Shown here: positions 28,945-38,605 of the stretch, one piece after another
How the letters are laid out: every line of letters begins with the position of its first letter
How positions within the stretch are numbered: position 1 is the first letter of the stretch
Source of the DNA: an uncultured Bacteroidales bacterium
Lineage (GTDB): Bacteria > Bacteroidota > Bacteroidia > Bacteroidales > JAGOPY01
Direction of reading: 5' to 3'
Assembly: GCA_964619555.1 (NCBI GenBank)
Contig: CAZUDV010000014.1
Coordinates: 22,658 to 86,657 of the forward strand
Length of the DNA stretch: 64,000 bases
The notes under the pieces: generated by a model
The model's database searches: none
Seen by the model: the letters and a program-made list of their open reading frames with translations, nothing else
Told to the model about the DNA's origin: nothing
Position numbers and translations under genes: made by a program

Positions 28945-29397
28945 TTAATCCCACCTGCTCAAATCCCCAAACCAAGTGATAGCTCTACCGTGTATCCAAA
29001 GGCTGACAATAAAAGCTAAAAATGCTGCCAGATAACCAGCATCAATCCCAAGCATACCAATAATCCACAACGGTAGTGCCCAGAATAAGCCCAACACAAC
29101 CAATATAAGATCAGATATGACTGGTATGGCTAAGCCAATAGCCAGAATAACTGGAATCAGGATTATGCCCCAAAAGAACCACTGTAACCCCAACCAATAA
29201 GCTAAAAGGATAGCTCCAGCAATTGCCACATAGGCAAGCTCATAGCTTAGGATTCTTGCCATCCGTTCATTATAATTGGCTTGGACGAATCCTGATCGAA
29301 TTTTTTTGATTGAGTTTGGCATATGATAACTGTTGAATTTATGAATCAGATCGTTGCACCATAGGTTGAATGGAACTAAACTGTTGTGGTTTATCAT
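28945..29397 (-). CDS. Hypothetical multi-pass membrane protein
   Basis: About four hydrophobic segments; start may be internal (MPNSIKK). Confidence 0.65.
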   Translation of the reverse strand: MINHNSLVPFNLWCNDLIHKFNSYHMPNSIKKIRSGFVQANYNERMARILSYELAYVAIAGAILLAYWLGLQWFFWGIILIPVILAIGLAIPVISDLILVVLGLFWALPLWIIGMLGIDAGYLAAFLAFIVSLWIHGRAITWFGDLSRWD

Positions 29398-29786
29398 TCG
29401 AAATATATTCCCGTAACCCCAATGATGTTATCCAGAACACATTTGACCTTGTTCTCAATGCCATATATTTTGCCATCCGCCGCCCACATCGGCATAATGC
29501 CGTCCATAACTCCAGCCAAATACATCCGCGCAATTCTACTCTGCAATTTGGGACAAGTGGACACCGTGCAGGGATCGGTTATATCCACCAAGGGGCTGAA
29601 TGGGTAGTCAAACAGAATCCTGACCATATCATCCGAGCATTCCAACCCCAATTGCCGCAACAATTTCTTGCGTTTCAATTGAAGCCATTGGTATTCCTTT
29701 TCGGTGGTTCCGCCATCCATCGCAATCTTCTCTTGATGTTGGATGATCTCCCTTACAGCTTTGCGAAGGCGGACGGCACTTATCAT
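29394..29786 (-). CDS. Hypothetical protein
   Basis: 130-aa ORF preceded by a consensus promoter (29867-29898) and a leader hairpin. Confidence 0.6.
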   Translation of the reverse strand: MISAVRLRKAVREIIQHQEKIAMDGGTTEKEYQWLQLKRKKLLRQLGLECSDDMVRILFDYPFSPLVDITDPCTVSTCPKLQSRIARMYLAGVMDGIMPMWAADGKIYGIENKVKCVLDNIIGVTGIYFE

Positions 29787-29938
29787 AGGATGGTTTTATG
29801 AATGAAAAACACCAACATTGTCGTTTATGTTGGTGTGCATTTCAGGCTTTTATGTGTTGGTTATAACAAAGATACGGAAAATTTTTGGATTTGCCAAAGG
29901 CTTTTTTATAGTTGGACAAGCTTTGCATCGGTTGATAA

Positions 29939-29969
29939 TTTGCTAATTCACGCAACTTTCCTACATTTG
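29939..29969 (+). promoter_or_regulatory. Promoter of the type I R-M operon
   Basis: TTTG 29939-29942, 19-nt spacer, TACATTTG 29962-29969. Confidence 0.7.
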
Positions 29970-29988
29970 TTCTTCAACCTAAAAAGCT

Positions 29989-32307
29989 ATGCCATATTCG
30001 GAATCAGATACGCGGGCAAATTTTATTGATCCTCTGCTGAACGAATGTGGCTGGAAAGCGGAAAATATCCAACGTGAATATTATTTTACCGATGGACGCA
30101 GAATCCTGAACAATAAGCGGGGAAAACGGAAATTTGTGGATTATCTGCTAAAGCACCGTAATGTTAACCTTGCCATTATTGAAGCCAAAAGCTCCGAAAA
30201 ACACCCTACCCAAGGCTTGCAGCAAGCCATTGACTATGCTAATGACCTGAATGTTCGGTTTGTTTATTCATCCAACGGGCTAAAACATTACGAATTCGAT
30301 ATTACGGCTGGAAAAGGGGATTATGTTGACCGATTTCCGTCACCCGATAATCTGTATAAAAGGGTAGTAGTTAATAAAACCGTTGAACAGGAAAAACTGA
30401 TCATACAGCCCTTGGATAATTCTGGTAGTAACCAGCCCCGTTATTACCAGATCATTGCCGTTAACAAAGCCATAGAAGCCATTTCAGCGGGCAAGAAACG
30501 GATTTTATTGACGCTGGCTACTGGCACTGGCAAGACTTTTATCGCCTACCAGATCGTTTTTAAATTGTTCCAGAGCCGATGGAATCTCGACGGTGCGGAT
30601 CGCCGCCCAAAGGTGCTATTTCTGGCTGACCGAAACATCCTTGCAGACCAAGCCATCAATATCTTCAACCCTTTCGAAAAGGATTTAGTTAAAATTAACG
30701 GTGAAGAAATTCGCAAACGTAACGGAATCGTTCCAACTAATGCCAATATTTTCTTTGCCATCTATCAAGCCATTGCCGAAAGGGAGAACATTGGTGGTTA
30801 TTATCAAAAATACCCCAAGGATTTCTTCGATCTTATAATCGTCGACGAATGTCATCGCGGTTCAGCCAATGAAGAAGGCTCGTGGCGGGCTATTTTGGAA
30901 TATTTCAGCAGTGCGGTACAACTGGGTATGACCGCTACACCAAAGCGTAACGATAACGTGGATACCTACCAGTATTTTGGCAATCCTGTCTACGAATATT
31001 CTTTAAAGAAAGGCATAGAAGACGGCTTCCTGACCCCGTATAAGGTAAAACGAATTACTACCAACATTGATGAATACATCGTTTCTAAAGAAGACCGTGT
31101 GGTTCAGGGGGAACATCAACAAGCGGTGTACGAGCTAACCGACTTTGAAAGAAAGATTATCATCCCTGCCAGAACGGAGCTTATTGCCAGAACCATTCTG
31201 GAACATATATCTCTGATGGATAAAACCATTGTCTTTTGCGTGGATCAGCAGCACGCCTTGACAATGCGGGATATGATCAATAAATATAAAGCCATATCGG
31301 ATAAACATTATTGTGTCCGTATCACCAGTGATGAAGGAGATATCGGCAAACAACTTCTGGAACGATTTAGGGATAACGATAAGGACATCCCCGTTATCTG
31401 TACCACAAGCCAGATGCTTACCACGGGGGTGGATGCAAGAAACGTTCGTAATATTGTTCTGGTGCGGAATATTCTGTCTATGGTTGAATTTAAACAGATC
31501 ATCGGCAGGGGAACACGCTTGTTTGAAGGCAAAGATTATTTCACAATCATCGACTTCACGGGTGCCAGCAACTTGTTTTATGATCCCGAATGGGACGGCA
31601 TAACGGAAATTGAAGAAGAACCCATTGACATCACAGAAATAGGGGGAGAAGTAAATGAGCCAAAACCCAAACCCCCTAAACCGCCGCAGCCACCTGAACC
31701 ACCACCACCGCCACCACCGCCAAAAGTTGTCGTGGAACTGTCAAATGGTCGAAAATTAAAGATCACAAATGTTGAAATCCGTTACATAGGGGCTGATGGT
31801 AAGCCGTTAACGGCGAAGGAATTCCTTGAAAAACTGATCGGCTTCATACCAGAACTATATTCCAGTGAAGAAGACTTCAGGCGATTGTGGGCTAATCCTG
31901 ATACCCGCGAACAGATATTGCTACAATTGGAACAGGAAGGCTTCGATAGTGAACAACTGGACACATTGCGTGAAATGTTAAGTGCCAAAGATTGCGATAT
32001 ATTTGACGTAATAGCCTACCTAACGTATAGCTCTGAAATGCTGACACGCCACCAACGGGTAGAAATAGCCGAAAGCGATAGGTTCTTCGACGTTTACCAG
32101 AATTTAAGAGCAAAGGATTTCCTGCATTTCGTGCTAAAACGCTATGAAAAAGACGACATTCAGGAACTGCGGCGGGATAAGATCAGCGAATTGATTAAAC
32201 TGAATAATTTGGGAACCCCTATCGAAGCGGCACACGTATTTGGTGGGGCGGATAAATTGATCGAAGCTTTTTACAAATTACAGGAAACACTTTATAGGGC
32301 TATCTAA
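29989..32307 (+). CDS. hsdR: Type I restriction endonuclease subunit R (EcoAI/EcoEI-like)
   Basis: VDYLL...IIEAK nuclease motif, ATGTGKT, DECHRG, TATP, LTTGVDA, QIIGRGTR. Confidence 0.93.
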   Translation: MPYSESDTRANFIDPLLNECGWKAENIQREYYFTDGRRILNNKRGKRKFVDYLLKHRNVNLAIIEAKSSEKHPTQGLQQAIDYANDLNVRFVYSSNGLKHYEFDITAGKGDYVDRFPSPDNLYKRVVVNKTVEQEKLIIQPLDNSGSNQPRYYQIIAVNKAIEAISAGKKRILLTLATGTGKTFIAYQIVFKLFQSRWNLDGADRRPKVLFLADRNILADQAINIFNPFEKDLVKINGEEIRKRNGIVPTNANIFFAIYQAIAERENIGGYYQKYPKDFFDLIIVDECHRGSANEEGSWRAILEYFSSAVQLGMTATPKRNDNVDTYQYFGNPVYEYSLKKGIEDGFLTPYKVKRITTNIDEYIVSKEDRVVQGEHQQAVYELTDFERKIIIPARTELIARTILEHISLMDKTIVFCVDQQHALTMRDMINKYKAISDKHYCVRITSDEGDIGKQLLERFRDNDKDIPVICTTSQMLTTGVDARNVRNIVLVRNILSMVEFKQIIGRGTRLFEGKDYFTIIDFTGASNLFYDPEWDGITEIEEEPIDITEIGGEVNEPKPKPPKPPQPPEPPPPPPPPKVVVELSNGRKLKITNVEIRYIGADGKPLTAKEFLEKLIGFIPELYSSEEDFRRLWANPDTREQILLQLEQEGFDSEQLDTLREMLSAKDCDIFDVIAYLTYSSEMLTRHQRVEIAESDRFFDVYQNLRAKDFLHFVLKRYEKDDIQELRRDKISELIKLNNLGTPIEAAHVFGGADKLIEAFYKLQETLYRAI

Positions 32308-33014
32308 TGAAACCATCGACACAATACGAACATTTTGTTGCGGAGTATTATAAAGCCAAGGGGTATAAAGTACAAGTAACCCCCGAATCAAATGATTATG
32401 GTGTGGATGTTATCCTAACGAAAGGAAAAGAAAAGATAGCAGTCCAAGCTAAGATGTATGGTGGTTCGACCCGAAAAGTAAATCGGAAATGTTTTATGGA
32501 ACTGCACGGTGCAAAATCAGTATTTGATTGTACAAAAGCAATAATGGTTACGGACGGTGAAATATTGCCTGATGCACAAGAAGTCGCTACAAAGCTGGGG
32601 ATTGAAATTGTATTCCTGCCGTTTACACCTGATCAGGTGATGAAAGAGGTAAAAGAGCCCGAAACCAAACGATCTGTATCTAATTTAAATGATTTTGAAG
32701 TTATCTGGCGCGAATTTGTTATGCCATTAAAAGGAAAAACAATTGTTGGCGAAACAGGTTTGGCTAATAAAATAGTTAAAGTAGACTTTTCAGGTGTAAC
32801 ACGTATCACTAAAAATGGCAAATCAAATACTATTCCTATTGAACCTTTTAAATGGGCAATTAACAGGATTTTGAACAAAGGTACCGTGACCCGTGATGAA
32901 ATCAATCAGGAATTTGTCGGCAGGTTGTCATCTGGCACAATACTCATTCTATCCCAAATACCAATTTTTACTACACTTACTAATCCATTGAGAATCGTAA
33001 AAAAGAAGCTTTAA
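32307..33014 (+). CDS. Mrr-like restriction endonuclease with additional C-terminal domain
   Basis: YEHFVAEYY..KGY, DYGVDV, IAVQAK (Mrr_cat D...QxK); TAATG overlap with hsdR. Confidence 0.82.
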   Translation: MKPSTQYEHFVAEYYKAKGYKVQVTPESNDYGVDVILTKGKEKIAVQAKMYGGSTRKVNRKCFMELHGAKSVFDCTKAIMVTDGEILPDAQEVATKLGIEIVFLPFTPDQVMKEVKEPETKRSVSNLNDFEVIWREFVMPLKGKTIVGETGLANKIVKVDFSGVTRITKNGKSNTIPIEPFKWAINRILNKGTVTRDEINQEFVGRLSSGTILILSQIPIFTTLTNPLRIVKKKL

Positions 33015-34499
33015 ATGTCTGACCTACAACCCAAAATAGATCGAATAACCGATATTCTGCGTCGTGATGACGGGATTAGCGGGGCGATGCATTACACGCA
33101 GCAGATTTCGTGGATATTGTTCCTGAAATTCCTGAACGATTACGAAGACAATAAAGCTGCCGATGCCAAGCTGGACGGTAAAAAATATGAATACGTCATT
33201 GATCCCCCCCACCGCTGGAATGTATGGGCTTGTCCAAAGGGTTCGGATGGAAAACTGGATGTGAAGAAGGCGTTAACAGGTGATGACCTAACCCTTTACG
33301 TAACCGAACAGTTATTTCCATATCTGAAAGGGTTTAAAAATGGCGGTACCGATCTGAAAAGCATTCGCTACAAAATCGGAGCCATATTTGAATATATGGA
33401 TTATCGTGTTGCCAGCGGGCATACCTTGCGTGAAGTGCTGGATATCATAGATACCTTGAATTTCCAAAGCCAAACTGAACTGTTTGAGCTAAGCCATATC
33501 TATGAAAGCCTGTTGCAAAATATGGGCGATGACGGCGGCAACGCTGGTGAGTTTTACACGCCACGACCAGTGATCAGGGCAATGGTGGAAGCGGTTGATC
33601 CCAAGGTGGGTCAGACCATATACGACGGGGCAGCAGGAAGCTGTGGCTTCTTGGTTCAGGCATATGAATATATGACGGCACCTGAAAAGCGTAAAAACCT
33701 TAAAACAGATGATTGGCGGAAGCTTCAGACCACCACTTTCTATGGCAACGAGAAGACCCCTTTGGCATATGTGATGGGGGTAATGAATATGATCCTGCAC
33801 GGGATCGAATCGCCAAACCTCTATAAACAGAACTCATTAACGAAAGACATACGGGATATTCAGGAGAAAGACCGTTATGACGTCATCCTTGCAAATCCAC
33901 CATTTGGGGGAAAGGAAAAAAGCCAAATTCAGCAAAATTTCCCCGTTCCCAGCAATGCCACGGAGTTATTGTTCCTGCAACACTTTATGAAAAATCTGAA
34001 GGTTGGTGGCAGAGCGGGAATAATCGTTCCAGAAGGGGTGCTGTTTCAAACCAATAACGCATTTACTGCCGTTAAAAAAGAGTTGTTGGAAAATTTCAAC
34101 CTGCATACCATTGTCAGCTTGCCGTCAGGTGTGTTTTTACCGTATTCTGGTGTCAAAACCAATTTCATCATTTTTGATCGCACGGGATCAACTTCTGAAA
34201 TATGGTATTATGAAGTAAACCCACCTTTCAGGCTCACCAAGAATAAGCCCATTGCTACGGAGCACCTTCAGGAATTCACGGGACTATTCAAAAAGAGAGC
34301 CATTACGGATAATAGCTGGATTGTTAAAGTTGATAATGTGAAGGACTATGACCTGTCGGCTAAAAACCCTAATAAGCAGCAGGATATTGCCCACCTTCCA
34401 CCCGCCGATATAATGGCAAAACTCAAAGCCAACGATGCTGAAATATCGGATTTGTTGTCGGAAATAGAAAAGATAATGGGAGAAGGATATGGGGAATAA
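33015..34499 (+). CDS. hsdM: Type I N6-adenine methyltransferase subunit M
   Basis: GEFYTPR, YDGAAGSCGFL, ILANPPF, IIVPEGVLF. Confidence 0.95.
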   Translation: MSDLQPKIDRITDILRRDDGISGAMHYTQQISWILFLKFLNDYEDNKAADAKLDGKKYEYVIDPPHRWNVWACPKGSDGKLDVKKALTGDDLTLYVTEQLFPYLKGFKNGGTDLKSIRYKIGAIFEYMDYRVASGHTLREVLDIIDTLNFQSQTELFELSHIYESLLQNMGDDGGNAGEFYTPRPVIRAMVEAVDPKVGQTIYDGAAGSCGFLVQAYEYMTAPEKRKNLKTDDWRKLQTTTFYGNEKTPLAYVMGVMNMILHGIESPNLYKQNSLTKDIRDIQEKDRYDVILANPPFGGKEKSQIQQNFPVPSNATELLFLQHFMKNLKVGGRAGIIVPEGVLFQTNNAFTAVKKELLENFNLHTIVSLPSGVFLPYSGVKTNFIIFDRTGSTSEIWYYEVNPPFRLTKNKPIATEHLQEFTGLFKKRAITDNSWIVKVDNVKDYDLSAKNPNKQQDIAHLPPADIMAKLKANDAEISDLLSEIEKIMGEGYGE

Positions 34500-35679
34500 A
34501 TTACCAGAAGGCTGGGCTGTCAAACGGTTTGAAGACGTTTGTCTTAAAATAACAGACGGCTCGCATTTTTCTCCAAAAACAGTAGAAAATGGATATGATT
34601 ATATAACTGTCAAGGATATTGATGGAAATGGGAATATTGATTTTATACATTCAAAAAAAATTTCGAAAGAGGATTATCATTCACTTGTAAAGAATGATTG
34701 CTCACCTGTAAAAGGAGATATTCTTTTTTCTAAAGATGGAACAGTTGGAAAGGTTGCATTAATTGATTTTGAAAAGCAGTTTGTTGTTCTATCATCGCTT
34801 GCGATTATTCGTCCTAATCCTTCAATAGTTATCCCTGAATATCTTAAATATTTGTTAGCTTCACCTACGATTTTAGACGGATTCATTGGATTAAAGGCAG
34901 GTGCTGCGATAAAAAGAATAGTATTAAAAACGATTAAGAATTTTCATATCCCAATAGCCCCGCTTCCAGAGCAGTACCGCATTGTAGCCCAACTGAACAG
35001 GCTATTTGAGCGAATAGACAGAGCCATAGCCCTTGTTGAACAGAACATCACCAGCGCCCAGCATTTAATGGCGAGCGTGTTGAATGATGTATTTGAAAAC
35101 ACTGAATGGGAAATGGTTCCCTTTCATTCTGTGGTGTCAAATAATGCGAAAACGGTTGTACCATTGCCAGACGAACAATACAATATCATCGGCTTAGAAA
35201 ACATTTCAAAAGATACTGGAAGATTAATTGATTTTCGTCCAATGCTCGGACGGGAAAGTAGAAGCAGCAAAGTAATTTTTTCGCAAGGGTCAGTTCTTTA
35301 TGGAAAACTTCGACCATATTTAAACAAGGTTTATGTCGCCGAATTTGATGGAATTGCCACAACGGAAATTCTGCCGTTTAAACCTGAAAAGACCAAATTA
35401 TTGCCTGCATTTTTAGGGGCATATCTCAGAAGTCCGCGTTTTTTAACGACGGTAAATAAGAATTGTGCTGGTGCGCGTATGCCAAGGGTTACAACAAAAT
35501 TCTGGAACACCGTATTAGTTCCATTGCCAGATTTGGAAATACAAAGCCAAGTCATTAAGTATTTGGAATCAGTTGATATAGAACAAAACAGGCTTGTCGA
35601 AAAACAACAGGTTCAATTATTGGAATTAAAAGCCTTGAAATCCAGCCTGCTTGACGCGGCGTTTAGGGGGGAGTTGTAA
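34489..35679 (+). CDS. hsdS: Type I specificity subunit S
   Basis: LPEGW, two TRDs, conserved PLPEQYRIV / PDLEIQ spacers, SLLDAAFRGEL end. Confidence 0.93.
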   Translation: MGNKLPEGWAVKRFEDVCLKITDGSHFSPKTVENGYDYITVKDIDGNGNIDFIHSKKISKEDYHSLVKNDCSPVKGDILFSKDGTVGKVALIDFEKQFVVLSSLAIIRPNPSIVIPEYLKYLLASPTILDGFIGLKAGAAIKRIVLKTIKNFHIPIAPLPEQYRIVAQLNRLFERIDRAIALVEQNITSAQHLMASVLNDVFENTEWEMVPFHSVVSNNAKTVVPLPDEQYNIIGLENISKDTGRLIDFRPMLGRESRSSKVIFSQGSVLYGKLRPYLNKVYVAEFDGIATTEILPFKPEKTKLLPAFLGAYLRSPRFLTTVNKNCAGARMPRVTTKFWNTVLVPLPDLEIQSQVIKYLESVDIEQNRLVEKQQVQLLELKALKSSLLDAAFRGEL

Positions 35680-35824
35680 TCGCCACTTCAATTCATAACC
35701 ACCACCTTAAAAATATATAGATAAAGCTCTACCGCTTTAAAAGCGGGGTGGCGTCTTTATCCCATTGTACATATTTAGTTGAAGGCTATTATTTGGTACC
35801 TTTGCTTACATTATCAAGACATCT

Positions 35825-36955
35825 ATGGAAAACTATCTTGCATTTTTAGATGAATCAGGTGGACACGGATTTGATTTTTCGAAGGAAGGCACTCCGACCC
35901 ATTTTGTTGTTTGTGCCGTCATCATCGAAGAATCTAAATTGGAGCAGGTCAAAAAAGATTTTGAAAGAATAAAATCCTACTATTTTCCGATCAGTGAGCT
36001 TAAATCATCTAAAATAGGTTCAAATGATGCTATTCGCACGAAGATAATTAGTGAGATTAAAGGATTGGATTTCAGGTATTTTCATCTTGTAGTCGACAAA
36101 CGGGAGATATACTCTGATTCAGGATTGCAATACAAGGAAATATTTTACAAATTCCTATATGGTCTTTTATATAACAATTTGTACAGAACTATACGGAACC
36201 TATCTGTTTACGCTGATCAAATGGTATCCCAAGATTTCTTAATCGGTTTCAAACAATATGTTGAACAGAACCATATGTCAGATTTATTTCATCAAAGTAT
36301 CCAATTTAGTAGATCAAAATCGACAATTTTACTTCAGCTTGCTGATTTTATTGGTGGCACCCTTTTTAGATATTATTCCGACAAATCACCTATTGATATC
36401 AATCAGGAATTAGTTGAAAAAAAATTGGGTGAAGTTGTCTGGCCTGCAAAATACCAACCATACACCGTTGATGAAGAAGATATTGATGATGAATACAAAG
36501 AAGTAATTTCGGAACTTGCCCTGCTGAGAATTAAAAACTATTTGGTGCGCAATCGTAATAATAGTGACCCGCTAACAGTAAAGCGAAAATTATTTGTAAA
36601 CTATTTGCGTATGGTGTTTTTATACAACAATAAGACACGATTTATTTATACAGATGAAATCATCAAACATATTGAAAACAATACAGGAGATAGAATAAAG
36701 GAACAATATTTCAGGCAACAAATTGTCGGGCCTCTCCGAACCGAAGGGCTGCTTATCTCCAGTAATGTTAATGGTTATAAAATCCCCTGCTCCAAAGCTG
36801 ATATCTATACTTTCTTCAATTTATTCAGCAAGGTTATCAATCCTATGGTTCATCGGTTACAGCTTTCATACGAAGCATTATATCAAGCCACAAATGGCAA
36901 ATTTGATGTTTTGGATCATCCTGAATATGAATATCTAAAAAAGTTAATTCAATAG
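35825..36955 (+). CDS. DUF3800-domain (RNase H-like fold) protein with C-terminal extension
   Basis: AFLDESG, ELKSS, VYAD, LQLADF motifs; own TACCTTTG -7 motif at 35797-35804. Confidence 0.82.
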   Translation: MENYLAFLDESGGHGFDFSKEGTPTHFVVCAVIIEESKLEQVKKDFERIKSYYFPISELKSSKIGSNDAIRTKIISEIKGLDFRYFHLVVDKREIYSDSGLQYKEIFYKFLYGLLYNNLYRTIRNLSVYADQMVSQDFLIGFKQYVEQNHMSDLFHQSIQFSRSKSTILLQLADFIGGTLFRYYSDKSPIDINQELVEKKLGEVVWPAKYQPYTVDEEDIDDEYKEVISELALLRIKNYLVRNRNNSDPLTVKRKLFVNYLRMVFLYNNKTRFIYTDEIIKHIENNTGDRIKEQYFRQQIVGPLRTEGLLISSNVNGYKIPCSKADIYTFFNLFSKVINPMVHRLQLSYEALYQATNGKFDVLDHPEYEYLKKLIQ

Positions 36956-37001
36956 ATTAAAAGTAATAACTAAAATATAAACCATTACATTCCAATGAAA
37001 T

Positions 37002-38480
37002 ATGCAATTCGGATTAAATGAAAATGGAGATCGAATCAAGGCTAAAGAAACTGGTCAACGAGCGAAATGTCCGTATTGTGGTGGAGTATTAATATCAAAA
37101 TGTGGAGAACATTATATTAATCATTGGCAGCATTCACGTGATAAGGATTGTGATCCTTGGGCAGAACACGAAACGGAATGGCATTTGAAATGGAAATCCA
37201 AATTTCCTGAAAGTTGGCGCGAGGTAGTTATGCACAACTTTGGCGAAAAGCATATCGCCGATATTCAAACACCCTCTGGCTTGGTGATAGAATTCCAAAA
37301 TTCCTCTATTTCATCTGACACAATAAGGATTAGGGAGAACTTCTATCAAAATATGATATGGGTTATCAATGCCTTACCGTTTAAAAGCAATTTTGATATA
37401 CGAAGTGTTGTAAATTCAAAACTTAGGATGCTTGAATCAAATTCTGATTATGAAATTACAAGAAACGAAAATGCATTTAACGATGAAATTAAAAGGTTGA
37501 ATAATGAGATTAACAAAAATGAACAGGATTCAAAAAATAAAAGCCATTCAATTAGTTATTATGAAGGGCAAGTCGAAAAGCTGCGACAATTAAAAGAATC
37601 CACGGATAAATTTGCTCATTCAGTTATCAAACATTGGATGAATAACGAATATTTCTATGAAAGTCTAACAAATGAAATCACTCGAAATATTGATAGTAAA
37701 ATAAAGGCAGAGCTTATACAAATACCTATCTCTATTGATAAATCGCAAAGCCAGATGGAAGAATATGGGCAGAGGATATCAGAAATTGTAAATTTTAAAG
37801 ATTTCGAGTATCAACACACAATATATAAGATCATTCCCTACGAAAGGGTTGATTCAAAAAATTATAAGAATAAAATAGCCATATTGAAAGAAACAAAAGA
37901 TTCCTTCTTCCCGAATATTCATCATTTTAATTCAGAGCAGGAGTTGAAAAATTTTCTTTTTCGACACAATAACTATGACTTTGCATTTGATCCAAGTGGC
38001 ACTTTGGAGTCACTTGATGGAAATATTTCGGCAGAAAGAGCAGCAATTGGTGAGTTGAGCGAGAGGTTAATAGAGTTGACGAAAATAATTTCAGACCAAA
38101 TACATCAGAATATTTTAGAACGAATTGCCGAGATAGAAAATGCGCTCAGAAACCTTAATTTGGAATTAAAAAGGACATTAACGCAAACGACTAATTTAAT
38201 AGCAAAACGAAACGAAATTACTAAAAATCACCCCATTGAAATCCAGAAAATGAAAGAAAAGATTGAACGGGATGTAAAAAATGAACGAAAATATATAATG
38301 GCAGGCAACAAAGGTGTATATAGTTATAAGTGGAATCACGAAAGAAAGAGTTGGACAGCAGCTAACTGTGAAATATATTTTGATTTTGGGGATCATCTTT
38401 TTAAAGTAATCAAAGAAGGCGTATTTAAGAAGATTGGTACAAAAGAATTTTTATCAACACATTTAATTGACACAACGTAG
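37002..38480 (+). CDS. CoiA-like nuclease with a large coiled-coil insertion
   Basis: AKCPYCGG..KCG...HWQH, ETEWH..WK, HIADI...VIEFQNS, RENFY.NMIWV, then about 300 aa of mainly heptad sequence, then YKW...IYFDFG. Confidence 0.78.
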   Translation: MQFGLNENGDRIKAKETGQRAKCPYCGGVLISKCGEHYINHWQHSRDKDCDPWAEHETEWHLKWKSKFPESWREVVMHNFGEKHIADIQTPSGLVIEFQNSSISSDTIRIRENFYQNMIWVINALPFKSNFDIRSVVNSKLRMLESNSDYEITRNENAFNDEIKRLNNEINKNEQDSKNKSHSISYYEGQVEKLRQLKESTDKFAHSVIKHWMNNEYFYESLTNEITRNIDSKIKAELIQIPISIDKSQSQMEEYGQRISEIVNFKDFEYQHTIYKIIPYERVDSKNYKNKIAILKETKDSFFPNIHHFNSEQELKNFLFRHNNYDFAFDPSGTLESLDGNISAERAAIGELSERLIELTKIISDQIHQNILERIAEIENALRNLNLELKRTLTQTTNLIAKRNEITKNHPIEIQKMKEKIERDVKNERKYIMAGNKGVYSYKWNHERKSWTAANCEIYFDFGDHLFKVIKEGVFKKIGTKEFLSTHLIDTT

Positions 38481-38605
38481 AGTTGAAAAATATTGGTCAG
38501 GTATAAAATTGGGCACTCTTTGCCCCAAATTTGGGCAAATGGTGAGCCTCAATTTGCAAAATTGTGAAAGATGGATTAGGCCAGCCAACGAACGTTTGCG
38601 CGTGT

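Noticed and set aside
34489-35679. Phase-variable hsdS shufflon
   Set aside because: Single hsdS, no silent TRD copies or flanking inverted repeats; the serine recombinase is 23 kb away.
35692-35700. TTCATAACC matching the start of the att core (secondary att site)
   Set aside because: Only 9 bp, with no arm repeats or tRNA remnant nearby; plausible by chance.
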